Positions 42,260 to 55,279 of a stretch of DNA of 64,000 nt are shown in pieces. Position 1 is the first letter of the stretch, and every line of letters starts with the position of its first letter. The DNA is from Octopus sinensis (taxonomy: Eukaryota): the NCBI RefSeq assembly GCF_006345805.1, contig NC_043000.1, positions 143,282,001 through 143,346,000 on the forward strand, read 5' to 3'. Below the pieces are notes generated by a model, which was given only the letters and a program-made list of their open reading frames with translations, ran no database searches and had not been told where the DNA came from. The translations under genes and the position numbers were made by a program.

Positions 42260-42954
42260 CTTCCATTTATATATTGCACTTCCATTTAGTATGTTAGATT
42301 GATCCAAAGTTGTGTGTAAGTTGCCTTGAATCACCCTATGTACCTACGCTCGGGATCATGCCACATAATTTTATTTAAAAAAAACTTATGGCAATTATTG
42401 TTATTTATCTATTTACTTCTTTACGATTGTGTAATTATTGCTTCGTTCATCTCACACGTTTATTCAAAGTATGCTTTACCGCTTATAGTGTCTTAATGTT
42501 TTCTTACGTATTTTACATATTATTTGTATAGCCTTCAACGTTATAGGCCCTTGCGGCCAATAAAAGAAATCATTATTTTTTTTTTAAATCAGAAAAACAT
42601 ACGTTAAAAGAAGTCGGCAAAAAACAGTGAATGGCCGTATATCTTAATCACACTGTTTTTTCGTTTATTTCTTAGTTTTCCTCAGATATATTTTTATTGT
42701 CTCTGGATTTATTTTTTTTTTATTGATACTTTTTTCACTGCGCTTTGTTTTTATGTATCGTGAATGTTCTGAGACACCAAGTAATGACTTTATAAATTTA
42801 ACAATGTATTTTTCTTGTATTATATATATATATTTCCTTAAATAGTTTCTTACTGTTTGTTTCTTAAATGTTTTCATTTGTTATTTATTTATTTATTTTT
42901 TTTTTTGGTATCGTTTCAGTTGCTAGCGTTGTCATTATTTTTTAAAATTTTTGT

Positions 42955-43095
42955 TGTTTGCTGATGTTGCAGTTGTTGCTTTTGTTGTTGTTGTTTTTGT
43001 TGTTGTTGTTGTTGTTGTTGCTATTGTTATTGTTGCTTCATCATCATCATCATCATCATTATCACCATCATCACCATCATCATCATCATCATCAT

Positions 43096-43128
<33 letters not shown>

Positions 43129-43390
43129 ATCATCATCATCATCATCATCATCATCATACTCATCATCATCTTATCATCAATCATCATCATCATCATATCA
43201 TCATCATCACATCACCACACACCACCACCACCACCACCACCACCACCACCACCACCACCACAAGCACCACACCACCACCACCGCACCACCACCAAGCACC
43301 ACCACACACCACCACCACCAACACACTACCACCCACAAGCACCACACCACCATCACCACCACCATTTTTTATTGTTATTGTTTTTTTTTA
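42955..43390. repeat. (TTG)n/(CAT)n/(CAC)n microsatellite
   Basis: Directly visible; explains the poly-L/H/I/P ORF 42958-43461. Confidence 0.95.
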
Positions 43391-43568
43391 TTTTCGTTAT
43401 TATTTTTCTGTTTATCTCAGCTAATAAGTTCTACATAAACTACTATTCTGGAGATAATTGATTGGATAAGAGCGTAATCTCTCTCTCTTTTTTAAGCTAC
43501 TAAACTGTTTAACTCTAAGCTTATAAGCATACGTGAATGTATGTATTCATGTATGTATATGCACGTAC

Positions 43569-43628
<60 letters not shown>

Positions 43629-44395
43629 ATTTATATATTACGCTTGCATGTCTATATGTTGTTTGTATATATGTGCATAAACAAAGCACAATCACACAGA
43701 ATATACAAATCTACAGTGTACGGTCATATGTATATACAGCACTATACATATAAATCATACTATAACAAAAAAAAATCATTGTAATAAAGAAAAAAATATT
43801 AATACATACGAATTTATATGTAAGTACATAATTTGTATAAATAGATATTTAGAAATATACACTCACGTATACATACACAGTGGTATGTAAACACGCTTAC
43901 ACAAAAAAAAAAACATATACAGATTTTTATAGAAATACACATTACACGTATAAAATGCGAATACGTTTGCACGTATTTATACACAATCGCACGTAAGCAC
44001 AGGTAAATATAAGTACGTATATACGTAGGTTCGTAGTGTGCGCGTATGTACGCGTAAGCGACCACGGAAACACAAAATGCAATTATATATAACTGAAATA
44101 ATGATGAATTGCGCATACACGCAAGTATTCAAATATTGTGTGTGCATGTATGTTCGTTTGTGTGTGTTAGTGTTTGTGTGTATGTGTGTGTTTATGTGTG
44201 TATGAGTGTGTGTGTGTGTATGTCTGTGTGTGCTTGCATTAGCTTCCGTGATAAATAACTATAAATACTGGCCAGCCTAACGTTGAGTGCATATATATAT
44301 ATATATATAATATATATATATCTGTGTGTGTGTGTATGTAGATAGAGAGCGAGAGAGAGACAAACAGATATATATATATAATCTGTATATATATA

Positions 44396-44437
<42 letters not shown>

Positions 44438-44914
44438 ATATATATATATGTGTGTGTGTGTTAATATATATATATGTGTGTGTGTGTGGTATATATATAT
44501 ATATGTTATGTATATGGAAACATAAAGCAAAATGCATTAAAAAGGAACCGTCACTTAGCATGCGTGTTTATATTGGTTTACATGACAAATTGCAAGCATC
44601 GACCTTGTAGCATACACGGAAACATCCACAGGTAACAACAAGCATACAATACACACACACGCACGCACACACACATGCGCGCACAAGCACACGCGTGTAT
44701 GTACGCTTGTATGATTTTATGTATTTCTGAATGGAGTGCAAATGAACCGGTGAGAGTTTGTTTTCATCCTCATGCCTTGGCGTTTTGGCAATTAGTTTGA
44801 GTTCCAGACTTCGCTCGGCTAAAGCCTTAAAGGCATTGTCAAAGCAAGGCTGCAATCTACAGACTGAAGCAAGTAATACTATGCATATATACTATATATA
44901 TATATTGTATAGGC

Positions 44915-44952
<38 letters not shown>

Positions 44953-45916
44953 ATATTATATATAATATATATATGTATATTATATATATAATACATATAT
45001 GTATATAATATGTATATAGTATATAAATACCACTAATATGGTCATATAACAAGCTGAAAGTAATAACCTCTTTAGCTTACATCAGAACTCTACCGTAATA
45101 GCAAAAGAAAAACAGTAATAATCCACTGAATGTGCTGGGAAATATATAGACGGGAGGTTCATTGCTGGAAGCCATTAACAATATGCCTGCTCATTCAGGA
45201 TTGACCTGGGTCGAAATAACGTTACGACTGTAACAAGCAATATTTCAATATTTGCGAATCGACACCAGTTATATGGGAAATAGTAAAATTGTAAGTGTAA
45301 ATGAAGTTTGAAATGAGTCTCTGAAGTACTATATTTCACATGAACGCTTCAGGTGTCGCATTCTTCGTAATACCATTTTGTGGATGAATAAAATATTTGC
45401 GTCTTTGAATAGTGTGTGACTGAAGTAATTCGTTCATTATAAAACGTATTGCACCCGGTGGCTTTCTATCATTTGCTTAAAAATTATGGAACAATGCACG
45501 TACATACATCATGCATACCTACGTACTTGACGACCTAATATATATATATTCCTCTCTCCTAACCACACGCACAGACACACACACGCACACATACACACAT
45601 ATAGTTGGAGAGTAATGATAATGCATCTCTTAGACAGTGGCATATGAAGTAATCATCTGTCCCCGAATCATTAAGTTATGGCGTCGTAGAAAACCAACAC
45701 CGCTTTTTCCATCGGTTGGTGGGGAATAACAGAGAAGAGAAATCAGATACATAAACACACACACTCTCTCTCTCTCACACACACACGACGAACGTCCACA
45801 CAATTTCCATCTACTAAATTCACTTAAAAGACAATGGTCAGTACAGGTCCAATTAGAAGATACGCTACAAGTTTCACGCTGTGGAAGTGAAACCGAAACC
45901 ACGTGGTCAAATCGAG

Positions 45917-46016
45917 NNNNNNNNNNNNNNNNNNNNNNNNNNNNNNNNNNNNNNNNNNNNNNNNNNNNNNNNNNNNNNNNNNNNNNNNNNNNNNNNNNNN
46001 NNNNNNNNNNNNNNNN
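45917..46016. other. Assembly gap (100 N)
   Basis: Run of N; true distance and orientation across it are unknown. Confidence 1.
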
Positions 46017-47860
46017 GTATATATAATATGTATATTCGTTTCTGTTCAACGATCTTCAGTATATATGTGTGTGTAGTGTTTGTATGTGCATAAACGAATT
46101 GACGAATTAAAATATTTTACAAATATTTAACAAATATTTAACTGATGTACATTCGGGGCCAAGGACGTCTACTTCGTAAGTGTATACGTGTACTTAAAAT
46201 TGATGAAGGTGGTGAGGTGGAGTAGGAATAATCAATTATTAATCACATTTAGTTCTTGTTTTTATAATGCGTTGCCAGCTTCTAGCTATCTAGCTACATG
46301 CATACGTGCAAAAGTGCATATCCGTACCACGCATCACTGAGTTTATATCGCGATCAAAAAGTCATGAGCATTAGCGAGAGGAATAACAAAAATGAAATAA
46401 AGTAAACGAAAGAACAAAAATGCTTTACTTTGGATCAATGTCGTTCCATTTTTTTTTTTTTTTAAATTACAGCATATCCAACATATTCAATATTGACTGA
46501 AGAAAATGGAGTGAAAGAGAAGGAAAGGATAAGAGAAGAAGAAGGAAAAGAGAAGGATGTGGGAAAGAAGGATGAAACGAATAAGCGAGACTGAGTGAGA
46601 AACTAACTCGTGAACATTTAGCTGCGATGTGTATCGTATTAGTAACACAAATTTTGTCAACTTTGATGATGATGTCGGATTTGCTTTTCTAAAATAGCAT
46701 CAACGTAAAATTTAAAAAGAGAACTAGGGAGAGGAAAAGAGAATAAGAAGGAGAGGAAGTATGTCTGTGCGTGTTTGTATGAGAGAGAAAGAGAGAGAGA
46801 CAGAATGAAGGAGAATGAGCGAATGAGAGAATATAAATCAATTGATGCCAAACGATATGAAAGTTACATATTGACAAAATATATTGACATATAAGTTCTT
46901 TAGCAGAGTTCCGATGACGTCATTGCCCCCAACAGCTTCCTTTCTGTTAGAACAAATTAGCGTTCCGACAATTCGAAATCCAATGTTCCATATGTAGTGA
47001 AAACGTCAGTTGAAAATAACATTTCAAGCCACATTTTTACACACGTTTTAAAGACATTTCTTTTTTTATACTTTCTTCTAAATATATCATTAGTTTATTT
47101 TTAAACTCAATAGTGACACAAAGTATGACGTCATGCAAAGAAACTGAGCAACGCTGAAAAGTCTCACCGTGGACTACCTTTTTACATGAAGTGACTAATT
47201 TCATTTAGAGATTTATTCATGTGGAGTAAACGCTAGCTCGCTATTTTTCTAGAAACACCTCCTCTTAACAGCGTACACCATTATGTAAATTATATCCCGT
47301 AAAATCTCAACATAATATTGTTCCAGATTATATAATTAACTAATTAATTCATATATTGTATTATTCATCATACAGTTATTCCTTTTCAAACAACGAATCT
47401 ATTCCAAGAAGAATCTTCTAAATATTACATCGCTGGTTTCCTAACAGTTTGATCACGGCGTGCCATCAGATACATAATTTCTAGATATGTACGAAGTAGC
47501 CAGTTGGTTTCAAAATATAATCCATTTTTACATAAATAATTAAAATATAACTATTTATGACTTCTATAAGCAACAGGGATACGAAGCATGTGTGTACAAA
47601 ACCATAGAATTGTAAATTTGGTTATAAATAAAGATATTATGTAAGCTATTTCCGCCGTTTTCGAAAAGCTGCAAAGGAGAAACTCTTTCAGATAGTCTTC
47701 CTTCCGTAAGGTCTGTATTAAAGATATTAAAAAAATATACTATATATTGTTTATCTTTCATTTGTTTCAGTCATTAGACAGCAGCCAAGGTGGGGCAGCA
47801 ATTTGAAGGATTGCAGTGGAACGAATTGACAGCAGAAATTATCTTATCTGCACACAAACG

Positions 47861-47906
<46 letters not shown>

Positions 47907-49004
47907 CACACACATATACCCCACACACACACATATATATACATGTGTGCATGTGTATGGAAGTAAGCATATTTGTGTATATGTGTGAGTGTGTGTGCGT
48001 GCGTGTGTAAGTATACATATACTTGTATGTATACAGTGCATCAGTTACTCAGTGACCCAAAATTTTGCAGTGTACCACTTTGCACACAGCGTGCTCCCTT
48101 TTGAAAATTGCTCTAATACCTTACTATAATGTGCGATGTTTATTTTCCGTTAATGAAAATCGCTCTCTTTCTCTCACACACGCATACGCATACGCACACA
48201 CACATATACACTTACACAGACAAACGTACACATATGTAGGTATGGAAAGGAAAATAAATTGCTCTCCATTTTCCGGTAATGGATCCTCTTAAAACGTTCT
48301 TTTCACAACCCGCGTTTTAAAACGCATACTCTGTTACTGTTTAGTACTTGGACAGATATTGTATTATATTATTATTGTTGCCATTTTCCCCCATATGAGC
48401 TTAAACCGCGTGACAGTTTTAGTTTCCTGATTGAATTCAAAGCCCCTCACTTACGCCGTTAATGGTCTTCCGAAAGACAACCATTTGAAGAAAACTCATT
48501 CCATTCCTCTCTAAAATTTGGTTTTACGTTTAAGGAAAATTATCATGTTTTTGCTGTTGCTTTGATTCTTCCTGTGATCAATATTTCTGCAGCCTGTTCG
48601 GTTCATGACCGAAATCATACTGCGTCACTTAAACTGCTCATGCACGTGTTCAAGATAATTAACGTGATAAATACATGTTCTCACAAAAGTCTTAGACTAC
48701 TTGATTCCTTAGTGGATGCAATGAACTCTCTGAGAATATATTTCCAAATATATTTATAAAAGGAAAATATAAATTTTGTAGATAGATGCTCCCTACAGAT
48801 AACAGATTTTTTGTAGTGTATTATCCCCCCTCTCCCCTCCCCCTCTCTCTCTCTCTCTCCACACACACGGGCACATAGTTACTAGCACATGTCCTCTAGC
48901 ATATTCATCAAGATTAAAACAGTGCGTCGAGAGCGGAAACGAACATAGTAAGGCATTACATCCAGTCCATCTGACGCCCTAAACACTTTGTTAATTCGTC
49001 CTGA

Positions 49005-49043
<39 letters not shown>

Positions 49044-49106
49044 ACGTCCACACGTTGTTGTTTTTTCTTGTCTTTTTCTCCGTTCTTTTTTAATTAATTA
49101 TACACA

Positions 49107-49150
<44 letters not shown>

Positions 49151-49153
49151 ACA

Positions 49154-49199
<46 letters not shown>

Positions 49200-49211
49200 T
49201 ATATATATATA

Positions 49212-49419
49212 CGGGAAGGTTTACGAAAATAAGCAAAAGACGAAAGCAGGTGGAGTACAAACTAACAAATGTATTAGTATGGCGCTCAGGAATAGAAATA
49301 GAACAAGTCTTTTACGTTTCGAGCCTACGCTCTTCGACAGAAAGATACACAGAAAAAAACACGGAGAGAAACAAGGAGAGAAAAATGCGTGTAGGAGCTA
49401 ACGATCTATCATGGCGTCC
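49212..49419 (-). mobile_element. Short HHR-bearing repeat, family A, flanked by (TA)n
   Basis: Homologous to 10582-10761; (TA)n on both sides; its first 31 bp recur inverted at 49456-49486. Confidence 0.8.
49308..49345 (-). ncRNA. Minimal type-I hammerhead-like motif with a variant core (CUGUCGA)
   Basis: TCTTT-CTGTCGA-A-GAGC-GTAG-GCTC-GAAACGT-A-AAAGA: perfect 5-bp stem I, 4-bp stem II, ACGT stem III, GUA triplet, A6 replaced by U. Confidence 0.7.
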
Positions 49420-49421
49420 GG

Positions 49422-49456
<35 letters not shown>

Positions 49457-49527
49457 GACGCCATGGTAGATCGTTAGCTCCTACACATATACATACATAT
49501 ATGTATGTTTGTATGCATATAAATTTA

Positions 49528-49700
49528 TAATTAATTAAAAAAGAATGGAGAACTAACAAGAAAAGATCAACAACGTGAGGACGTAGGACATGTACAGTAT
49601 TAATAGACGCTCAGCGAAAGACAAGTATGGTTGTTTCAAGTTTCGAGCATAGCTCTTCTTCGGAAACAGGAAATTCCAAAGGAAAGAGAAGGAAACATCA
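49528..49700 (-). mobile_element. Short HHR-like repeat, family B
   Basis: GTTT-CCGAAGA-A-GAGC-TAT-GCTC-GAAAC-TTG-AAAC at 49633-49667. Shares the downstream CTGAGCG..TAATAC with family A; its tail recurs on + at 49041-49100. Confidence 0.6.
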
Positions 49701-50499
49701 CCAACAATTCACGTGTAATTACATCTTTGAAGTGATTCGAAGTAGGACAAAGAGTGTTTTCTGAGACAGGAGTGTATGAAGAATGGTTTGTATCTCAGTG
49801 TATGTGTGTGTGCTCACGTGTGTGTGTGTGTGGTGGCATGTGTAAGTGTGTGTGTGTCTGTGCTCGTGTACGTCTGTGCGAGTATATTCGTGCATGTGTG
49901 TGTGTCGTGTGTGCTCTGTGTGTAGTGCGTGCTCCGTGTCTGTTGTGTGTGGGCATGCGCGCGTGTGTGTGCGTGTGTGAGAGTGGGTGTGTGTGCTCGC
50001 GAGTGTGTGTGTGGTGTGTGTGTTTGGTACGTGTGTGTATGTATGGGGTTTGTGTGGCGTATGTGTGGTGTGTGAAATAAAAAGACATGCGTTTGTTTCT
50101 GTGTACGTGTGTATGCGTGTGTTCGTGTGTATATATGTGTATGTACATATGCATGAATATACATGTATATATATATATATGTAAATGTGTATGCATGTAT
50201 GAATGTATATATCATTTTGCGAACATTGGCTCTCGAGGTACATCACTTAACGTTGTAAATAATACTATCTACGTATTCGATTGGAAAACCATATATGTAT
50301 GTATTTACTTATATCACCATTGTTAAAGATTTTGTCTAACATTTTGCTTTTCTTGCTTTTGTTTATATCTCAAACACACACACACCTACACACAAACACA
50401 CAAGTACATGCTCAAACACTCACGCATGCACACACAAGCACACACACATACATAGATGCGTATTTACTTATATATAAATACATATATAAATAGATAGAG

Positions 50500-50643
50500 C
50501 AGTCGTTCCCAACCTCCGCACTACCTATTTTATTTACTTGAGTTTTCCCTCATGCCCCTTTTAATATATACATAAATGGAGTTTTTAAATTAGTTCACGG
50601 ACCCCCTGTATTTCCTTTGCGGACCACAGTTTGGGAGCCACTG
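50500..50643. mobile_element. hAT (Charlie-like) MITE
   Basis: TIRs CAGTCGTTCCCAAC and GTTTGGGAGCCACTG; imperfect 8-bp flanks AGATAGAG/AGACAGAT. Confidence 0.65.
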
Positions 50644-50662
50644 AGACAGATAGATTATAGAT

Positions 50663-50792
<130 letters not shown>

Positions 50793-50963
50793 ACAATTTT
50801 ATAATTATGAGTATAGATATAATTAGGGATCAGCAAAAAATCTGCTTCACCACATACCGAAATTTAGAAATAGCAGCCAAAACTAGCTGTTTCTCTACCA
50901 TAAGAAAAATTATTGATAATATAGATCGGTAGATAGATAGGTAGGTAGGTAGTAGATAGATAG

Positions 50964-50994
<31 letters not shown>

Positions 50995-51008
50995 CATACA
51001 TACATACA

Positions 51009-51042
<34 letters not shown>

Positions 51043-52287
51043 CATACATAGATTCATAGATATACATACATACTCACCCACGCATATATATATATACAGT
51101 TTGTGCCAAATCACTATTTGTTTTAACAAGCTAACAATGTCAAGCTATCAGAAAACATGAAACATCTACATTTAAATATCTATATAAATATTGTTTACAT
51201 TTTATACATTATAAAATACCAATAATCGTTATTTTTAGAATATATCACGGTGATTGTTTTGTAAAAGCGTCAGGGCGTCAGTATTTATTTCAATTTCTTA
51301 CATTCGTAGTTGAACCCCCTTTCCAGAAAATTTCTTGCCACTTTTTCTGAGGTAGATAACATTATGTCCCAGTTGGACAATGCTTTCAAGGTAATTGACT
51401 AAACACTTCGCCACTAAATTCTTCACATTGTACCTAAGTAAGAAATCTTCATCCTCATTTCAGAATAAATTTAGATAACAGATTTGAATTACACAAAGTA
51501 TTTTGTAAAAGAATGTAAAAGGGCAATAGCAACATTATATGCCTGCATGAGATGAAATGAAGCCATTAGGTCGATTAAACTCGTGATCGAAGAACAAATA
51601 GGATACAGGTAACCAAGAAATATCATCAAGGAAGTTTTGATTATTTAGCTTCCATCGGGCACATTCGAAACGCTTTACTTCTTCATGCGTTATAGATTGC
51701 AGCAAATACATTTTCCTTGGTCGTAATAGAAATAATTATTCACTGGGAGATGTCACATGCTCTACGTATTTAACAGCAATTCGGAAGACCGAATACATGT
51801 GTATTTCGTACTTTTTCTAACGGATTTGTTTCCTTCATTTTACCAATCATGGTCGACACATACATATGTGTCAGTAGCTTGCTGGTGTCAGTATCTTGTT
51901 ACTCTGATTTACGCCTGCGGGCGTACAATCTTCCGGAAGGAGATGAACAGATAGTAAGAGGGAAGAGAATAGGGTGAGCAAAGTCAAAGCAAAAAAATAA
52001 GGGGAGATGTGTTGTGAATTAAATTAAAATATACAAAGATATACAATCTAAAACGGATAGTTATGAACAGAGAGGAAGAGAGTGTGGAAACGATTAGAAA
52101 GGATAAAATAGATAAAGAAATTAGATAGATATAGAATTAAATGTAACGGATAGTTATAAAAAAGGGGGAGAAGTAGTTCTAATCTCACCATTGAGATATA
52201 AACGAGACACTACAGAGTTAAATATAAAAATCCAGTACTTTGTGTGCAAATGAAGAATGAGAGATAAAATAAAGTATAATACAATAG

Positions 52288-52406
<119 letters not shown>

Positions 52407-53402
52407 CCTTTAAATAATACTAGTTTTAATCATGCCGTTGTAAAAGTTTCGAAATGAAACTCTTCAAAGAAAATCTGCAATTGATCAAAACCTTAGGATT
52501 CCAGTTAGTTAGTATTCTCTTAAAACAGGTTGAAACAATTTTTGATTAAGCCCAACAGGTATCTCAGAGAATAGCATTAAATTGCATGCTTCTATGGATT
52601 TGCTTTTGCAAAGCTTGTATTTTGAAAGAGGCAGAACCAATTTCTTTTAAGTGCCAGACATGTTATATCAATACGTTGATGATCTGTTTTGCGGGTATGG
52701 AAAGGAAGTATAGAGAAGTTCTAATTCTGTAGCTGCATTCATTGTGTCAGGTGCAAATTGTATTATTGAAATGAACCTTCGTCCTATAAACAACCCCTTA
52801 GCTCCATACTTATTCTATGCAGATATCGCCCAATCTTAACTCTCTACAAACCTGAATATCAATAACTAAATGTAACTTTACGCAACACATAAGATATCGT
52901 TGTCCTATTTCTGTGACCTAGTCAATGACCCATTTGTTTTAAACCACTCAACAGCCACGCTTTTTAGACGATATCATTGTTCATTCCTTTATAACCTCAC
53001 GCAGGCGTAGTCCATTTTAGACACTTTACGCTAAGCCCACGTTGACTTCATGAACAGAACGTTGAAAACAGCCGCTAATGAGATAAATATTGGAATGCTT
53101 CTCTTCTTGTGTCCGAGTCTAACGATTCATTGCCAAGCAACCCTAAATTCAGATATTTATATTACTGTAATGCAAGACAACCATGTAAAACTGGCGAAGC
53201 TCCACAATGTCTCTACGGGGCATAGAGCTGCTATCTGTATCAGAAAATGGTTACTTAATGAATTTGTGTAATTACCCGCCAAAATGTACCTTAATTATTA
53301 AGTATTTTGACATTGTACATAGTGGGAGAAGTAGACCTTTCAGAAATAGTTAGTGAAACATCTTCTATTATTAACACATACAAGCAAATATGTATATTTA
53401 TG

Positions 53403-53446
<44 letters not shown>

Positions 53447-53452
53447 CTTATG

Positions 53453-53497
<45 letters not shown>

Positions 53498-53503
53498 GTA
53501 TAT

Positions 53504-53575
<72 letters not shown>

Positions 53576-53646
53576 GTGTGTACGTATATATACATTAGCA
53601 CTCACACACACAATATACATAGAGCAATTGAGTATATAAAGAATGG

Positions 53647-53825
53647 TAGTTAGTGCCGGTTCATAGGGTTATCCAAGGTTTCGCGCTCATAAGCCCTTAG
53701 CTTTGCGCACGGCTCGTCAGATCCGATTTGGGGTCTGACCCATTATGTTCTGACGAGAAGGGTGTAAAGCTAAACGCTTTATAGAAGGGAAATACCGGGT
53801 AACCCTATGATCCGGCCATAACTAA
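53647..53825. repeat. GC-rich foldback element with nested inverted arms
   Basis: Outer arms 53647-53674/53797-53824 (24/28 match); inner arms 53697-53721/53749-53773 (20/25 match). Confidence 0.85.
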
Positions 53826-54163
53826 GTTTCTCTTTCTCTCTCTCTCTCTACACACACACTCACATGTTATTGATCAAAACAATCTAATTCAGCCCCACGT
53901 AACTTAAAGGAACTAGTTGACAGGTATTAGTTCTCTGTAACATTAGGTAATAAAGCGTTCTTTGGGGATCCATTGTAGTTAAGGATGCTGTTGCTCTTGG
54001 AACATCCAATACTAATTTCCAATCTACCACAATAGTGAAAAGTACCTAGGAATCAGTAACATAAAATTGTATTTATTGTAATTTTTCCTACATATGCTCT
54101 GTAACTATGAATACTACTAAGGATAATAATTACTTTACAACGAAAGAGAAACTAGACTGAATC

Positions 54164-54213
<50 letters not shown>

Positions 54214-54254
54214 TATATATATATGTATATATATATGTATATATATATATATAT

Positions 54255-54286
<32 letters not shown>

Positions 54287-54490
54287 ATATATATATATAT
54301 TATATATATATAATTTATAATTATAATTATAATTAAAAGTACCATATGTTATCAGCATTGCTAGAAAAAACAGTCGAAAATTACTCAGATAAACCACAAT
54401 ACCAATGAAAATTTAACAAGCTGAACAAAATCAAGGAGCTAGTATAAAGCCAACCAAACATTGCTGGGGAAAAAAACGAAAATAAATTTG

Positions 54491-54719
54491 CAGATACACC
54501 CATTTCATGCGATTTCAAACTCTGGGATAATACTTCTAGTCATCATCAGTGGGTCTCACCTTGAGTTAAACTAATACCTACTTCCTCATGCTTGTTAAAC
54601 TCGTTGAAAAACTAGCGCCAAATTCAAACGATAGAGGTGTATAATTATGCATAAACGAAGATATTATTATTAATAATTATTTTCTCAGAGTTCGAAATCA
54701 CGTGAAATGGGTATATCTG
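54491..54719. repeat. 34-bp imperfect inverted repeat (old MITE-like)
   Basis: CAGATACACCCATTTCATGCGATTTCAAACTCTG (54491-54524) versus the reverse complement of 54686-54719. Confidence 0.7.
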
Positions 54720-54961
54720 GAAAGTCATTTGCATTTTAGCCCCCACAATGGTAGGTTTATTTTTTATTCGCTTCTCGATTTCTTTCGGGTTGTTAAATTT
54801 TCAGTGATACTGTGGCTTATTTGAGTAGTCTTTGACTCTTATTTCTAGCAATGTTGGTACTATCTGGTAGCCTTAATTATAATTATAATTATAATTATAA
54901 ATTTACCGTTTTGGTTTTTATGCTTGATAGCCACTTATATTTTATTATTTATTAATATCTT

Positions 54962-54998
<37 letters not shown>

Positions 54999-55129
54999 CA
55001 CTCATACACGTGCATATATACAGCCACCCACACAAATATGGAGAGAAAGAAATAGATAGGGAAGAGAGAGAGAGAGACAGAGAAAGAGAGAGTGGGTGAG
55101 TGGAGTCCAAACACATAGAATTGACTTAC

Positions 55130-55279
55130 TTTCTCTTCCGTTTTTTCCTTTCTTCGAAAGCCGATACCACGTGACATTAGGATGAGGTACTCCAGTTACG
55201 TTACACACAAGAAGTACCGTATCACCTTCCCGTAATTCCATGTCATCGCTAGATAAATGGTCGATAATTTTCGAAGGAA
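55130..55279 (-). CDS. Internal exon encoding the N-terminal half of an Ig domain; lachesin/DIP/IgLON-like cell-adhesion protein
   Basis: (V)PSKIIDHLSSDDMELREGDTVLLVCNVTGVPHPNVTWYRLSKKGKNGRE contains the Ig A'-B-C strands (EG.TV.L.C...G.P.P.V.W). Acceptor is a polypyrimidine tract + TTTTCAG with branch-like CTGAC at 55305-55309; donor A|GTAAGT; 150 nt, phase 1/1. Confidence 0.92.

Noticed and set aside
42958-43461. Poly-His/Pro ORF
   Set aside because: (CAT)n/(CAC)n repeat translation.
46910-47135. Two TGACGTCA (CRE-like) sites
   Set aside because: Short motifs with no promoter context; cannot be supported from sequence alone.
51297-51350. Possible next Ig exon (YEC codons, GTAAG donor on minus)
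   Set aside because: The surrounding translation does not fit the expected second half of the Ig domain.
52669-52689. QYVDDLF motif suggesting another RT
   Set aside because: Flanking frames give no further convincing RT motifs; at most a very old relic.
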